From: Enoplolaimus lenunculus
Lineage: Eukaryota
Length of the DNA: 64,000 nucleotides
Direction: 5' to 3'
Assembly (NCBI GenBank): GCA_030248215.1
Contig: JASANG010002365.1
Coordinates: forward strand, 434,001-498,000
Below, piece by piece: positions 26,527 through 36,808 of the stretch. Position numbers and translations under genes: made by a program. Positions within the stretch are counted from its first letter, which is position 1. Every line of letters begins with the position of its first letter. The notes under the pieces were generated by a model. The model had not been told where the DNA came from. It worked only from the letters and a program-made list of their open reading frames with translations, and made no database searches.

Positions 26527-27459
26527 ACCAATATCAATCGAATTGCATTCTTTAGTCGACATTACGAATATCGATGGCTTTCAAATTTTTACGATACCGC
26601 AATATATTTCAAAGAACAGACCTACAAGTCTAGTGAACAGTTATATCAGTGCATGAAAATAACATTCGCCTTAATGTTTTGCGTTCATTTTGCGGTTGAC
26701 AAAATTTTGGAATGCGAAAGACTTTTAAAGAACTGTAAATTAGCTCAACATCCGGCTGATTCAAAGAAAGCTGGGGCTAAATGTTTGAACAACAATGAAA
26801 AATTTACCGAATTATGGAATAAGCTAAAAGTACCATGCATGCTAACGGAATTATTTCTGAAGTTTTCTCAATGTATGAAACTTAAGAAGCTACTGTTGGA
26901 TACAAAGGATATAGCGCTTTACGAAGCAAATCCTTTCGATGGTTTTTGGGGATGCAAAGCATCACGTTTTCAAATATACTCTCCGAGTTGGGAGCTAACT
27001 GCTCGAAATGAGCTTGGAAATTGTTTACAAAATGTACGAGCCTATTTGCGTGGTGAAAACATTCAGTTTCCGCAAATATGTCTGGGTGATGAATTCATCC
27101 ATAGTATTAATCAAAGTGTAAAAAACACACAATATATTTATCTTCCAAACTTTGATTTACGCCAAGTTTTTGAAGTGGTGACACTAATTTCGTTTCCGGG
27201 TATAACAAGAATGTAGGTCATAATGATTTTACCCAAGACATGTACTAATCCCAACAGAGTTAGAGCAGTTTCGCACGTTACAAATACGTTGCGAACAGCA
27301 TGTTGCAATCTTTATGGCACTGAAGTGACTATACTTCGTATACCTTCTGCTGCAAACCTTAAATTCTGTAATTCACAAAAAGTTGAACGCCTTATTGTGG
27401 AGTTTAATAAAGCTTTAGACGATATTACTAAAACGTTTTCTCACATTTTTATAAATTAA
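26527..27459 (+). pseudogene. Retrotransposon-borne NADAR (YbiA/DUF1768-like) domain plus SGNH-like domain ORF, with one internal stop at 27214-27216
   Basis: Frame open from 26527, after ttattttag: WLSNFY...YKSSEQLYQCMK...W...KFSQ..LKKLLLDT...LYEANPFDGFWG...RNELGNCLQNVR, matching NADAR motif order. Then ICLGDEF...VTILRIP...IVEFNKALDDI..FI, which is SGNH-like (lower confidence). Confidence 0.85.
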
Positions 27460-27477
27460 ACTTTGACCAGGAAGTCG

Positions 27478-27645
27478 TGTGAGCATAGGATCCGACTGAT
27501 TTGTAATTAATAACCTGTTGCTTGGACCGGTGAAAGAAGGAGTAACTGGTCTAGGTGTCGGGTTTATTACGCCATATTTATGCTTTTAGAATAAAATACT
27601 CTTAGCATGTGACTCGGTTCCTTAGTTTGGGTTGTGGTTATCACA
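27478..27645 (+). mobile_element. Candidate 3' LTR (168 bp) of the gypsy element
   Basis: Starts TGTGA, ends TCACA, contains AATAAA at 27590-27595, and follows a weak purine tract (aggaag) just after the last ORF. No partner LTR in the window. Confidence 0.55.
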
Positions 27646-27826
27646 CTGAATCAATTCTCGTTGCAGCACATTTTTATAAATGGGATAGGAAAATGTGATA
27701 AAATTTTAATTTAAGAAAATTCTAAGCTCGAATTTATAAAATAATTGAAATAAATTTCAATAAAATGAGTTATAAAAAACTAACTTTATGAAAAAGACAA
27801 GAGATTGGATTTTTGTTAAAAATTGC

Positions 27827-30800
27827 GGCCAATGTATAGCACAGGGGGTTCCAGTTTTCTACGGTGGAAAACTTATAACCAGGAGTGCAGCGCAGCCACT
27901 CCTGCATGACGGCTAAATTTTCCGCTGATTTGGTGGGAAAATTAAAAAAATTTAGTGCCTAGATTTTAATCTGAAGCATAGGTTTTGGTTGGAAAACGGG
28001 AAAAGTGGAAAATTCTAATGCCTAGATTTGTCCCCTGGGTTGGTTGGGAAATCTGAAGCATGGGTTTTGGTTGGAAAACGGGAAAAGTGGAAAATTCTAA
28101 TGCCTAGATTTTTCCCCTGGGTTGGTAGGGAAAATCAGAAGCGTAGGTTTTGGTTGGAAAACGGGAAAAGTGGAAAATTGAAATGCCTAGATATTTTCTT
28201 GGTCAGTAAGAAATATCTGAAGCAAAGGTTTTGGTTGAAAAGCGGGAAAAGTGGAAAAGTGGAAAATTCAAGCGTAGGGCATAGGTTTTGGTTGGAAAAC
28301 GGGAAAAGTGGAAAATTCTAATGCCTGGATTTTTTCGCTGGGTTGGTAGGGAAAATCTGAAGCATACGTTTTGATTGGAAAACGGGAAAAGTGGAAAATT
28401 CCAATGCCTAGATTTTTATCCTGGGTTGGTAGGGAAAACCTGAAGCAAAGGTTTCGGTTGGAAAACGGGAAAAGTGTAAAATTCTAATGCTTGGATTTTT
28501 TCGCTGGGTTGGTAGGGAAAATCTGAAGCATACTTTTTGATTGGAAAACGGGAAAAGTGGAAAATTCCAATGCCTAGATTTTTATCCTGGGTTGGTAGGG
28601 AAAATCTGAAGCATAGGTTTTGGTTGGAAAACGGGAAAAGTGGAAAATTTTAATACTTAGATTTACCCTGGCTTGGTAGGGAAAGTCTGAAGTATAGATT
28701 TTGGTTGGAAACGGGAAAAGTGGAAAATTTAAAGGCCTAGATTTACCTTAGGTTGGTAGGAAAAATCTGAAGCATAGGTTTTGGTTGGAAAACGGGAAAA
28801 GTGGAAAATTTAAAGGCCTAGATTTACCTTAGGTTGGTAGGGAAAATATGAAGCATAGATTTTGGTTGAAAAATGGAAAAAGTGGAAATTTTTATAGGCC
28901 TAGATTTACCTTAGATTGGTAGGGAAAATCTGAAGCATAGGTTTTGGTTGGAAAACGGGAAAAGTGGAAAATTTAAAGGCCTAGATTTACCTTAAGTTGG
29001 TAGGCAAAATCTGAAGCATAAGTTTTGGTTGGAAAACGGGAAAAGTGGAAAATTTAAAGGCCTAGATTTACCTTAGGTTGGTAGGAAAAATCTGAAGCAT
29101 AGGTTTTGGTTGGAAAACGGGAAAAGTGGAAAATTTAAAGGCCTACATTTACCTTAGGTTGGTAGAGAAAATCTGAAGCATAGTTTTTGGATGGAAAATG
29201 GGAAAAGTGGAAAACCTCAATGCCTAGATTTACCCTGGGTTGGTGGGGAATATCTGAAGCATAGGTTTTGGTTGGAAAACGGGAAAAGTTGAAAATTTTA
29301 ATGCCTAGAGTTACCCTGGCTTGGTTAAGAAAATCTGAAGCATAGGTTTTGGTTGGAAAACGGGAACAGTGGAAAATTTTAATACCTAGATTTTTACGCT
29401 GGGTTGGCAGGGAAATCTGAAGCATAGGTTTTGGTTGGAAAACGGGAAAAGTGGAAAATTCTAATGCCTAGATTTTTATTCTGGTTGGTAGGAAAATCTG
29501 AAGCACGGGATTTGGTTGAAAAACGGGAAAAGTGGAAAATTCTAATGCCTAGATTTCTACCCTGGGTTGGTAGGGAAAATTTGAAGCATAGATTTTGGTT
29601 GGAAAACAGGAAAAGTGGAAAATTGAAATGCCTAGATACTTTCTTGGTTTTAAGAGAAATCTAAAGCGATGGTTGGAAAACGGGAAAAGTGGAAAATTCA
29701 AGCGTAGGGCATAGGTTTTGGTTGGAAAACGGGAAAAGTGGAAAATTCTAATGCCTAGATTTTTCCCCTGGGTTGGTAAGGAAAATCTGAAGCATAGGTT
29801 TTGGTTGGAAAACGGGAAAAGTGGAAAATTCTAATGCCTGGATTTTTTCGCAGGGTTGGTAGAGAAAATCTGAAGCATAGGTTTTGGTTGGAAAACGGGA
29901 AAAGTGGAAAATTTTAATGCTTAGATATACCCTGGCTTGGTAGGGAAAATCTGAAGTACAGATTTTGGTTGGAAAACGGGAAAAGTGGAAAATTTAAAGG
30001 CCTAGATTTACCTTAGGTTGGTAGGGAAAATATGAAGCATAGGTTTTGCTGGGAAAATGGGAAAACTGTAAAATTTAAAGGCCTAGATTACCTTAGGTTG
30101 GTAGGGAAAATCTGAAGCATAGGTTTTGGTTGGAAAACGGGAAAAGTGGAAAATTTAAAGGCGTAGATTTACCTTAGGTTGGTAGGCAAAATTTGAAGCA
30201 TAGATTTTGGTTGGAAAACGGGAAAAGTGGAAAAGTGGAAAATTCAAGCGTAGGGCATAGGTTTTGGTTGGAAAACGGGAAAAGTGGAAAATTCTAATGC
30301 CTAGATTTTTCCCCTGGGTTGGTAAGGAAAATCTGAAGCATAGGTTTTGGTTGGAAAACGGGAAAAGTGGAAAATTCTAAAAGGCGTAGATTTACCTTAG
30401 GTTGGTAGGCAAAATTTGAAGCATAGGTTTTGGTTGGAAAACGGGAAAAGTGGAAAATTTAAAGGCCTAGATTTACCTTAGGTTGGTAGGGAAAATCTGA
30501 AGCATAGGTTTTGGTTGGAAAACGGGAAAAGTCGAAAATTTAAAGGCCTACATTTACCTTAGGTTGGTAGGGAAAATCTGAAGCATAGTTTTTGGTTGGA
30601 AAATGGGAAAAGTAGAAAATTTAAAGACCTAGATTTACCTTAGGATGGTAGGGAAAATCTGAAGCATAGATTTTGGTTGGAAAACGGGAAAAGTGGAAAA
30701 TCTCAATGCCTAGATTTACCCTGGGTTGGTGGGGAATATCTGAAGCATAGGTTTTGGTTTGAAAACGGGAAAAGTTGAAAATTTTAATGCCTAGACTTAC

Positions 30801-32049
30801 CCTGGCTTGGTAAAGAAAACCTGAAGCATAGGTTTTGGTTGAAAACGGGAAAATGGAAAATTTAAAGGCCTAGATTCACCTTAGGTTGGTAGTGAAAATA
30901 TGAAGCATAGGTTTTTGTTGAAAAATGGGAAAAGTGGAAAATTTAAACGCCTAGATTTACCCTGGGTTGGAAGTCAGCGACGACCAAATTTGATATATTT
31001 ATGTTTCCTCGGCTTTCCGGCCATAGCCAACAACGTCTTTAAAACAAATTATAACTTTTTTACAACCTTAAGGCGTCACTCAAAGCGTCGACTTTGTTAA
31101 CAGACTTATGTTCTGATAATACTGGGCCACTCGGTGGTATCTTGTTTTGACCAATCTTGTGCTGGGACTATCATAATCTGATATATTTAATAGTCATGTA
31201 TTATTTCGGGTAAATGCTCTGCTCATTTAGGTTTAACTATGTAAAGTAGATTTTGTTCCTTGCACTGTTCCGCTCCGCGGTTTCTTGTTTTGACCAGTGT
31301 CGAAATATATTGCCTGTTAGTTTGTAGGATGCAACCGGAGGTGAAAAATGCCAGATCCGGAGCCGGAAGTGAACAAAAGTAGCCGGAACCGGAGATGATG
31401 CCGCAGGTGAGGTGAAATCAGGTCGATGAAATGATATTTAACTTGTTAATTTTAGCAAATATCTGCTATGTATTGTTTAATCGTTCCATTGGAATTTTCT
31501 ACTTTTCCCATTTTCCAAACAAAACCTATGCTTTAGATTTTCCTTTCCAACCAAGGGGAAATCTAGACGTAGAAATTTTCCACTTTTCCCGTTTTAAAAA
31601 CAAAACCAATGCTTCAGAATTTTCCTACCAACCCAGGGTAAATTTAGGCATTTAAATTTTTCAATTTTCCCGTTTTCCAACCAAAACCTATGCTGCAGAT
31701 TTTCCCTACAACCAAGGGAAAATCTAGGCGTTTAAATTTTCCACTTTTCCCGTTTTCCAACTAAAACCTATGCTTCAAATTTTCCCTACCAACCCAGGAA
31801 TAATGTAAGCTTTTAAAATTTCCACTTTTCCCGTTTTCCAAACAAACTTTACACTACAGATTTTTCCTACCGAACCAGGGAATATGCACGCTTATGAATT
31901 TTCCACTTTTCCACAGCAAAATCTATGCCCGCGATTTTTCCTACCAACCAGTGAAAAATCAGGTCGTCATACAGGAGTGGCTGCGATGCACTCCTGGTAG
32001 TAAGTTTTTCACCCTGGAAAAGTGGAAACCCCTTATCTATACATGGGCC
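27827..32049. mobile_element. Foldback-type non-autonomous DNA transposon (GG...CC termini, 8-bp TSD, Merlin-like) with inverted subterminal ~68-bp arrays
   Basis: GGCCAATGTATAG... and ...CTATACATGGGCC termini with ~110-bp imperfect TIR; flanks AAAATTGC (27819-27826) and AAAATTAC (32050-32057); arrays at ~27970-30970 (+) and ~31490-31950 (-). No transposase seen. Confidence 0.8.
27970..30970 (+). repeat. ~68-bp tandem array (GAAGCATAGGTTTTGGTTGGAAAACGGGAAAAGTGGAAAATT...), roughly 40+ copies
   Basis: Directly visible periodic repeat with diverged subvariants. Confidence 0.95.
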
Positions 32050-32539
32050 AAAATTACTAATAAAAAGCATTCGTTGAAAGAACGTAATGATTATGATTTG
32101 AATCAATTTAAAGAAAGTTAGTTTAGTTTTGTTTTTAATCGTCCTTGCAACAAGATTGTCGACTGCTGCGAGATCAATCAAACGTCACAATTCCAAACTG
32201 CATTGGACGTTCACGCAAACAGTTGTCACCCCTACTTTAACACTTTAGTTTAGTTTGCCTACGCAATACTAAAAATTTCGAACAATTTGTTTACTCTATT
32301 GCATGTCAACTACCAAGTTCCATGGGCGTTTGTTTCTATTCCTAGCAGTATAATGAAATAATTGTTCGTATATATGTGTCAACTTATACGATCTTTAGTA
32401 TGATTTGTAAATTTAAATCATTAATCATGGCGGATGGCTTAAAATTAGATAATTTCAAAAAACTTTTGCGTCGGCGATTTAAAGCAATTCATTTGAAATA
32501 CGAAAAATATAAACAATAAACATTTAAAATGGATAGCAT

Positions 32540-32765
32540 GGCCCATGTTACTTTTAGGGCCGTTCCGGTTACTGGCGGGTGTGTAAAAGAGTAGCCTTAC
32601 ATTCTAGACTACATTTTTTGATTAGGCTTAGGCTTAGTCTTAGGAATACGCTTTTGCAACGCTTAGGCTTAGGCTTATGAATACATTTGTATAACGCTTA
32701 GGCTTAGACTTAGGCTTACGAATAAGCTTAATTTACTTGTTACGGCCCTAAAAGTAACATTGGCC
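32540..32765. mobile_element. GGCC-ended TTAGGC-bearing MITE
   Basis: TIR GGCCCATGTTACTTTTAGGGCCGT / ACGGCCCTAAAAGTAACATTGGCC. Confidence 0.82.
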
Positions 32766-34143
32766 GCTATCCAGATGGTGTTTTTATATATTTTAGAACT
32801 GCCTATATTCTCAAATCGTTTGTGCGAAAATAGGAAAACTTGGATAATTGAAGAAAATTGAAGCTTTATACCTACACGCTTAAAAGAAAATGCCCGGTGA
32901 ATTTGTACATGAAATAGTTTAAACATAAATGTCTTTTATATTCAAGAAATTAATATTACCAGTAGTAGTGACTGATGCATACACTGCAAGAAATGGTGTG
33001 TCAAATTGACTGCCTCCGAAATAGGCTCTAGAGGACTACATAAACTGAGTCAAATTCGACTCCGGCAGAGTCAAATTCGACTAACTGAGTCGCACGTTTG
33101 ACTCTGGCGGAGTCGAATTTTGACTCAATTTGCGTAGTCCCGAAAAGCCTATTTCGTAGAGAATCAATTTGACTCACCATTTTTTTGCAGTGTACTTCAA
33201 CAAGAGTATACAACTGGGTACATTCTGTATAGAAAAGAATGTACCCGGCATGCGTTGCGTTTTTGGCCTACCAACCATTTTATTTACAGAGGTACATTCT
33301 GTTCGAAACATGACACTTTATGGATCCGGCAACAAAAATGATACGCTTATAGTTTAATTTATGGTTAATGCATGTGACAACGACCCATCCTCTAAACAAA
33401 GGCGGTCGGTCCAAAACGCAACGCCTGGTCGTACATTTTGTACTTGAAAACCTCCAAGAGTTGCACACTCTTGTATTATGCACTCTTGTATTACCAATTT
33501 ATACAGAAACATATTTGTTCCTTTCAAGAAATAGTTGTCTTATATTCAAGAATTAATCTTCTGATTCTATTGTAAGTACCTAAACGAGTTATTCCGTTTA
33601 TAATCTTAAAAGTAAATAATCAAATTTCAATGATATGTCGAATTAAGGTCAGGCTCACCGCAACCTACAGTTTTCGTCGACATATTTTAGGTTGTTAAAT
33701 TACGGAATTTGGTTAAGCATAGCTGCCAATTTTGGATTCTGCTTGTCTGGCAAATTTGTTTCAAAATCATGTCTGGGAATTTAACAAAACGAGTCTTTTA
33801 TTTCAATCAAATTTGTCTTAAACGTGTATCAAAAAAGTGTTTCATTTCAAACATTTAAGGCTTGGAAATATTGCATCCATATTTCTGAAAACTTACAGAA
33901 ATTTAAGTCCGGATTACACGGCATAAGTCTGAAGACTGTATATCAATTAACATATAATTGTCTTAAATATCAGATAAATGTCTTAAATATCAGATAATGC
34001 TTCTTGAATATCAGACAATTTGGTTTGTGTGTAAGGGTTGATTGAAAATTTAAACGCGGACTCAACGTAGCGTTATAACCAAAAGCGATGGCTGTTCAAT
34101 TTTTCCCGCATGAAAACTGTCTATTTCAAGATCTAATTTAAAC

Positions 34144-34206
34144 CTGGGATTTGAACCTGCGGCACTCAACTCGAAGACGACTACCGCGAACCGCTTGACG
34201 AAAGGT
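34144..34206 (-). repeat. Degenerate tRNA-derived (SINE-head-like) sequence
   Basis: The minus strand has B-box-like GGTTCAAATCCC and an A-box-like segment; I could not fold a clean cloverleaf. A similar remnant is at ~49620-49682 (-). Confidence 0.3.
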
Positions 34207-34677
34207 TTAATTTCGACAGAAATTGGCGGAAACCACGACACCAAATTATACGGATGAACCAGACACACAATTCCGGTTGCACGCAGTCTGGTTTGCATTT
34301 TCAGATATCTGTAGCATCTGGCGACATGGGACAGGCAGATTACGGTTTGATCCAAGTTGATTCAACGTCAACGTTAAAATTCGAGCACTCATATCAGGTG
34401 AACAGGCGAAACTCGAATGTCATATGAGTTTTGCTTACAAACCACCGCTCTTAGAAGATCAATGTGTACTAAAAAGAGTTGTAATATCACGTGATACTGT
34501 GGGACATTTATGCGGATATCATATGATATTCCAAAATTACGATTATCTTAAGATATTCAGCGGGACAGCGTAATCTTCGCGTACTTATAAATCAATAGAA
34601 AGTCGGGCGACAGAGGCACTTATAATACCAAAAACACACCGAAAAAATTTTCCCCACACAAAATCGCTAGAACTACA

Positions 34678-36808
34678 TGTAGGGATACCACTGGATCCGT
34701 GACTCCGCTGAGTTGAAATTTTCTGGGGAAACCCGAGAGACACGAAATTTGAGCGTGTCGGGTTGGAAAACCACTGGTGGAAATGTTTTTGGAGCCGTAG
34801 CGGGGTATTCACCTGGGGGATCCAAGTGTGTGACCCCTGGGTGTAGTACTCCGTAGGCGTGAGATTTGGTGGTTTCAAATTTGAGATCTAGGGGTCTGAA
34901 GGGAGAGCGCAGGTGAGTAAAACTAGGGGAAAAGGTTGAGTTGAACTTGATTCGAGTGTTTTGAGCCCGGGGCGGTCCTTACTGTCTCCTATTGGCTTTG
35001 ATAGTATGGTGAAAATTATGTGGATTTTCAAATTTTTGAAATTTGGAGTTCTGGAGGTGAAATTTATAATATATATATTTTAAATGACTGGAATGTATTT
35101 GTGTGGATGTGTAAAGCGGTTATGTTAGTTTGATCTTGTTAGTTTTGAACTATTTGACGTTTATTTCGTATAATTTGAACTCTGTGAAATTTGTTATCTA
35201 ATATTTGAAATGTTGAGTTCAAATTTGGCGGTCAGAGGTGTTTTGACGAGTTTCTAGTTGTTTGAAGAACCGAAAGGGCGATAAATTTGAGTAGTTGCAG
35301 TTTTATTTAGTTGGATTTAACAGAATGATGCTATTTTGTCCGAATTTAGTTGAATGTGAAGAAAAGTTACTTTAATTCTTGGTATTGAATAAATTTAGTT
35401 AGCTAGTGATTGCTGTGCAAGTTTCTCGGCTTAGTTTTTAGTTTTCTAGTTTTCCTTTCATGGAATGGTGCGCTAATGTTTTTCTGCCTTTTCAACGTAT
35501 TATTCTGATGATGACTATGAGTTTGCCTTAAAAATTTCACCGGAGGAATATTTGGTTTTCGTCTAATGACATGGTTTTGGGTGAATGATAGGTGTGGAAA
35601 ATAAATCGGTGTTTATGGTAACTTCGCAGTTTATGTTTTCCTTTTTGGTGAAAATTTGCGCTCGTACCGGGGTGGCCGGTACAAGCGCCGTACGGGCTAT
35701 TCCGGTACGGGTGGCTGTACATGTTTTTCTGATTGAAATTTCTCGATGAGTGCATTTAGGCGGAAAACTATTTGCAGACGCGATTTCGAGTTGGGTTAGA
35801 CTCCGGTTGAGTCTCCCGGCTCGGGAAGAAGTAGCAGCATGGGAAACCACGCTACGGCGTGAGGCGGAACAGGTAAAGAGCCATGTTTTGGTCAAGTCTG
35901 TAGGTAGAAACCTAGGAACATTAGGTATGGCTCAATGTTTAAACATGACATAGATATATTGAATAATGCATAATGTAATACTGGGTTATAACTTCATAAT
36001 AAACCAAAGGTGTCCGATTTGATAAGGGATGCTAGCCCCTATGATTTTTGAGTTGTTTGGAAATTCTGTTTCAGTACTGACTCTGAGATTATTGTTTTAC
36101 CGAATTGGTACCATTGTTTTTGTTGGATTCCCGCAGGACGGGAATATTTCTGTTATTTCGGACCCAGACTTGCGCGGGTCGCTACCGAGCAAGCCCGGGT
36201 CGGAATTTGCTATGGTGTCCGGACCGGAGGTGCATATTTTTCTTTTTCCTTTTTCCTTTTTCTTTTTCCCGGGTGATTTTTGAGTGCTGAGTATTGAATG
36301 ATTATTGCGTATAGTAAAAATTTCTACAGCCTTAGAAATAGGCGGTGCGGGTCCCCATTTTTCTTTTTCCTTTTTGACCAACTCCTTTTTACCAAGAATT
36401 TATTTTTCCCCGCACTTCGAATTTTTCCTGCTCACCGGATGGTCAATGCAATTTTGCCACGGTGGTCAGAAATTTTACCTGGGGGCAGGAATGCGCGAGG
36501 ATAAGAGTCTCCTAGCCCCAAAGCTTTGTCGGGATAATCTGTGTTGCAACGGCGTTCGCCGGCTTGCAGCCGGCGAGGAACTTTTACTAAACAGAATTGT
36601 AGGCGACATTTTATTCAACGATCCGGTAGCGATGAAAATTTGCGTTGAGAAGGTGTATACATTGCGAGCCCGAGATGGGAAACCCATCCCGGACGTGATC
36701 GGGCGGAGTAGCATAACTAGACACAGTAGCCAACCTCGATCAAACCATAAGGAGTACCCGCCAAGGATGGGTGGCAAGGACTTTCGATCCAGGGTAACCT
36801 ACCTTATA
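34678..36808 (+). mobile_element. 2.1-kb solo-LTR-like insertion, copy 2
   Basis: Same termini TGTAGGG...CCTTATA; CTACA is duplicated at 34673-34677 and 36809-36813; ~330-bp internal deletion near 35815 relative to copy 1. Confidence 0.88.

Larger units (their letters stand above)
22395..32189. mobile_element. Composite TIR element with TGTGAC...GTCACA ends and 5-bp TSD (Ginger2/Tdd-like end structure) enclosing a gypsy 3' fragment
   Basis: Left arm 22395-22698 is the reverse complement of 27696-27826 plus 32050-32189; the right arm is split by a later insertion and lacks ~40 bp. ATTCC is directly repeated at 22390-22394 and 32190-32194. Confidence 0.85.

Noticed and set aside
26471..26656. 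Track ORF MSKNRFSN... as a separate gene
   Set aside because: It starts at a non-ATG codon in a different frame; the NADAR motifs are in the frame opening at 26527.
22395..32189. Polinton/Maverick or DIRS assignment for the inverted-repeat element
   Set aside because: No DNA polymerase B, ATPase, capsid or tyrosine recombinase is seen; the ends are TG...CA with a 5-bp TSD, rather than AG...CT with 6 bp (Polinton) or no TSD (DIRS).
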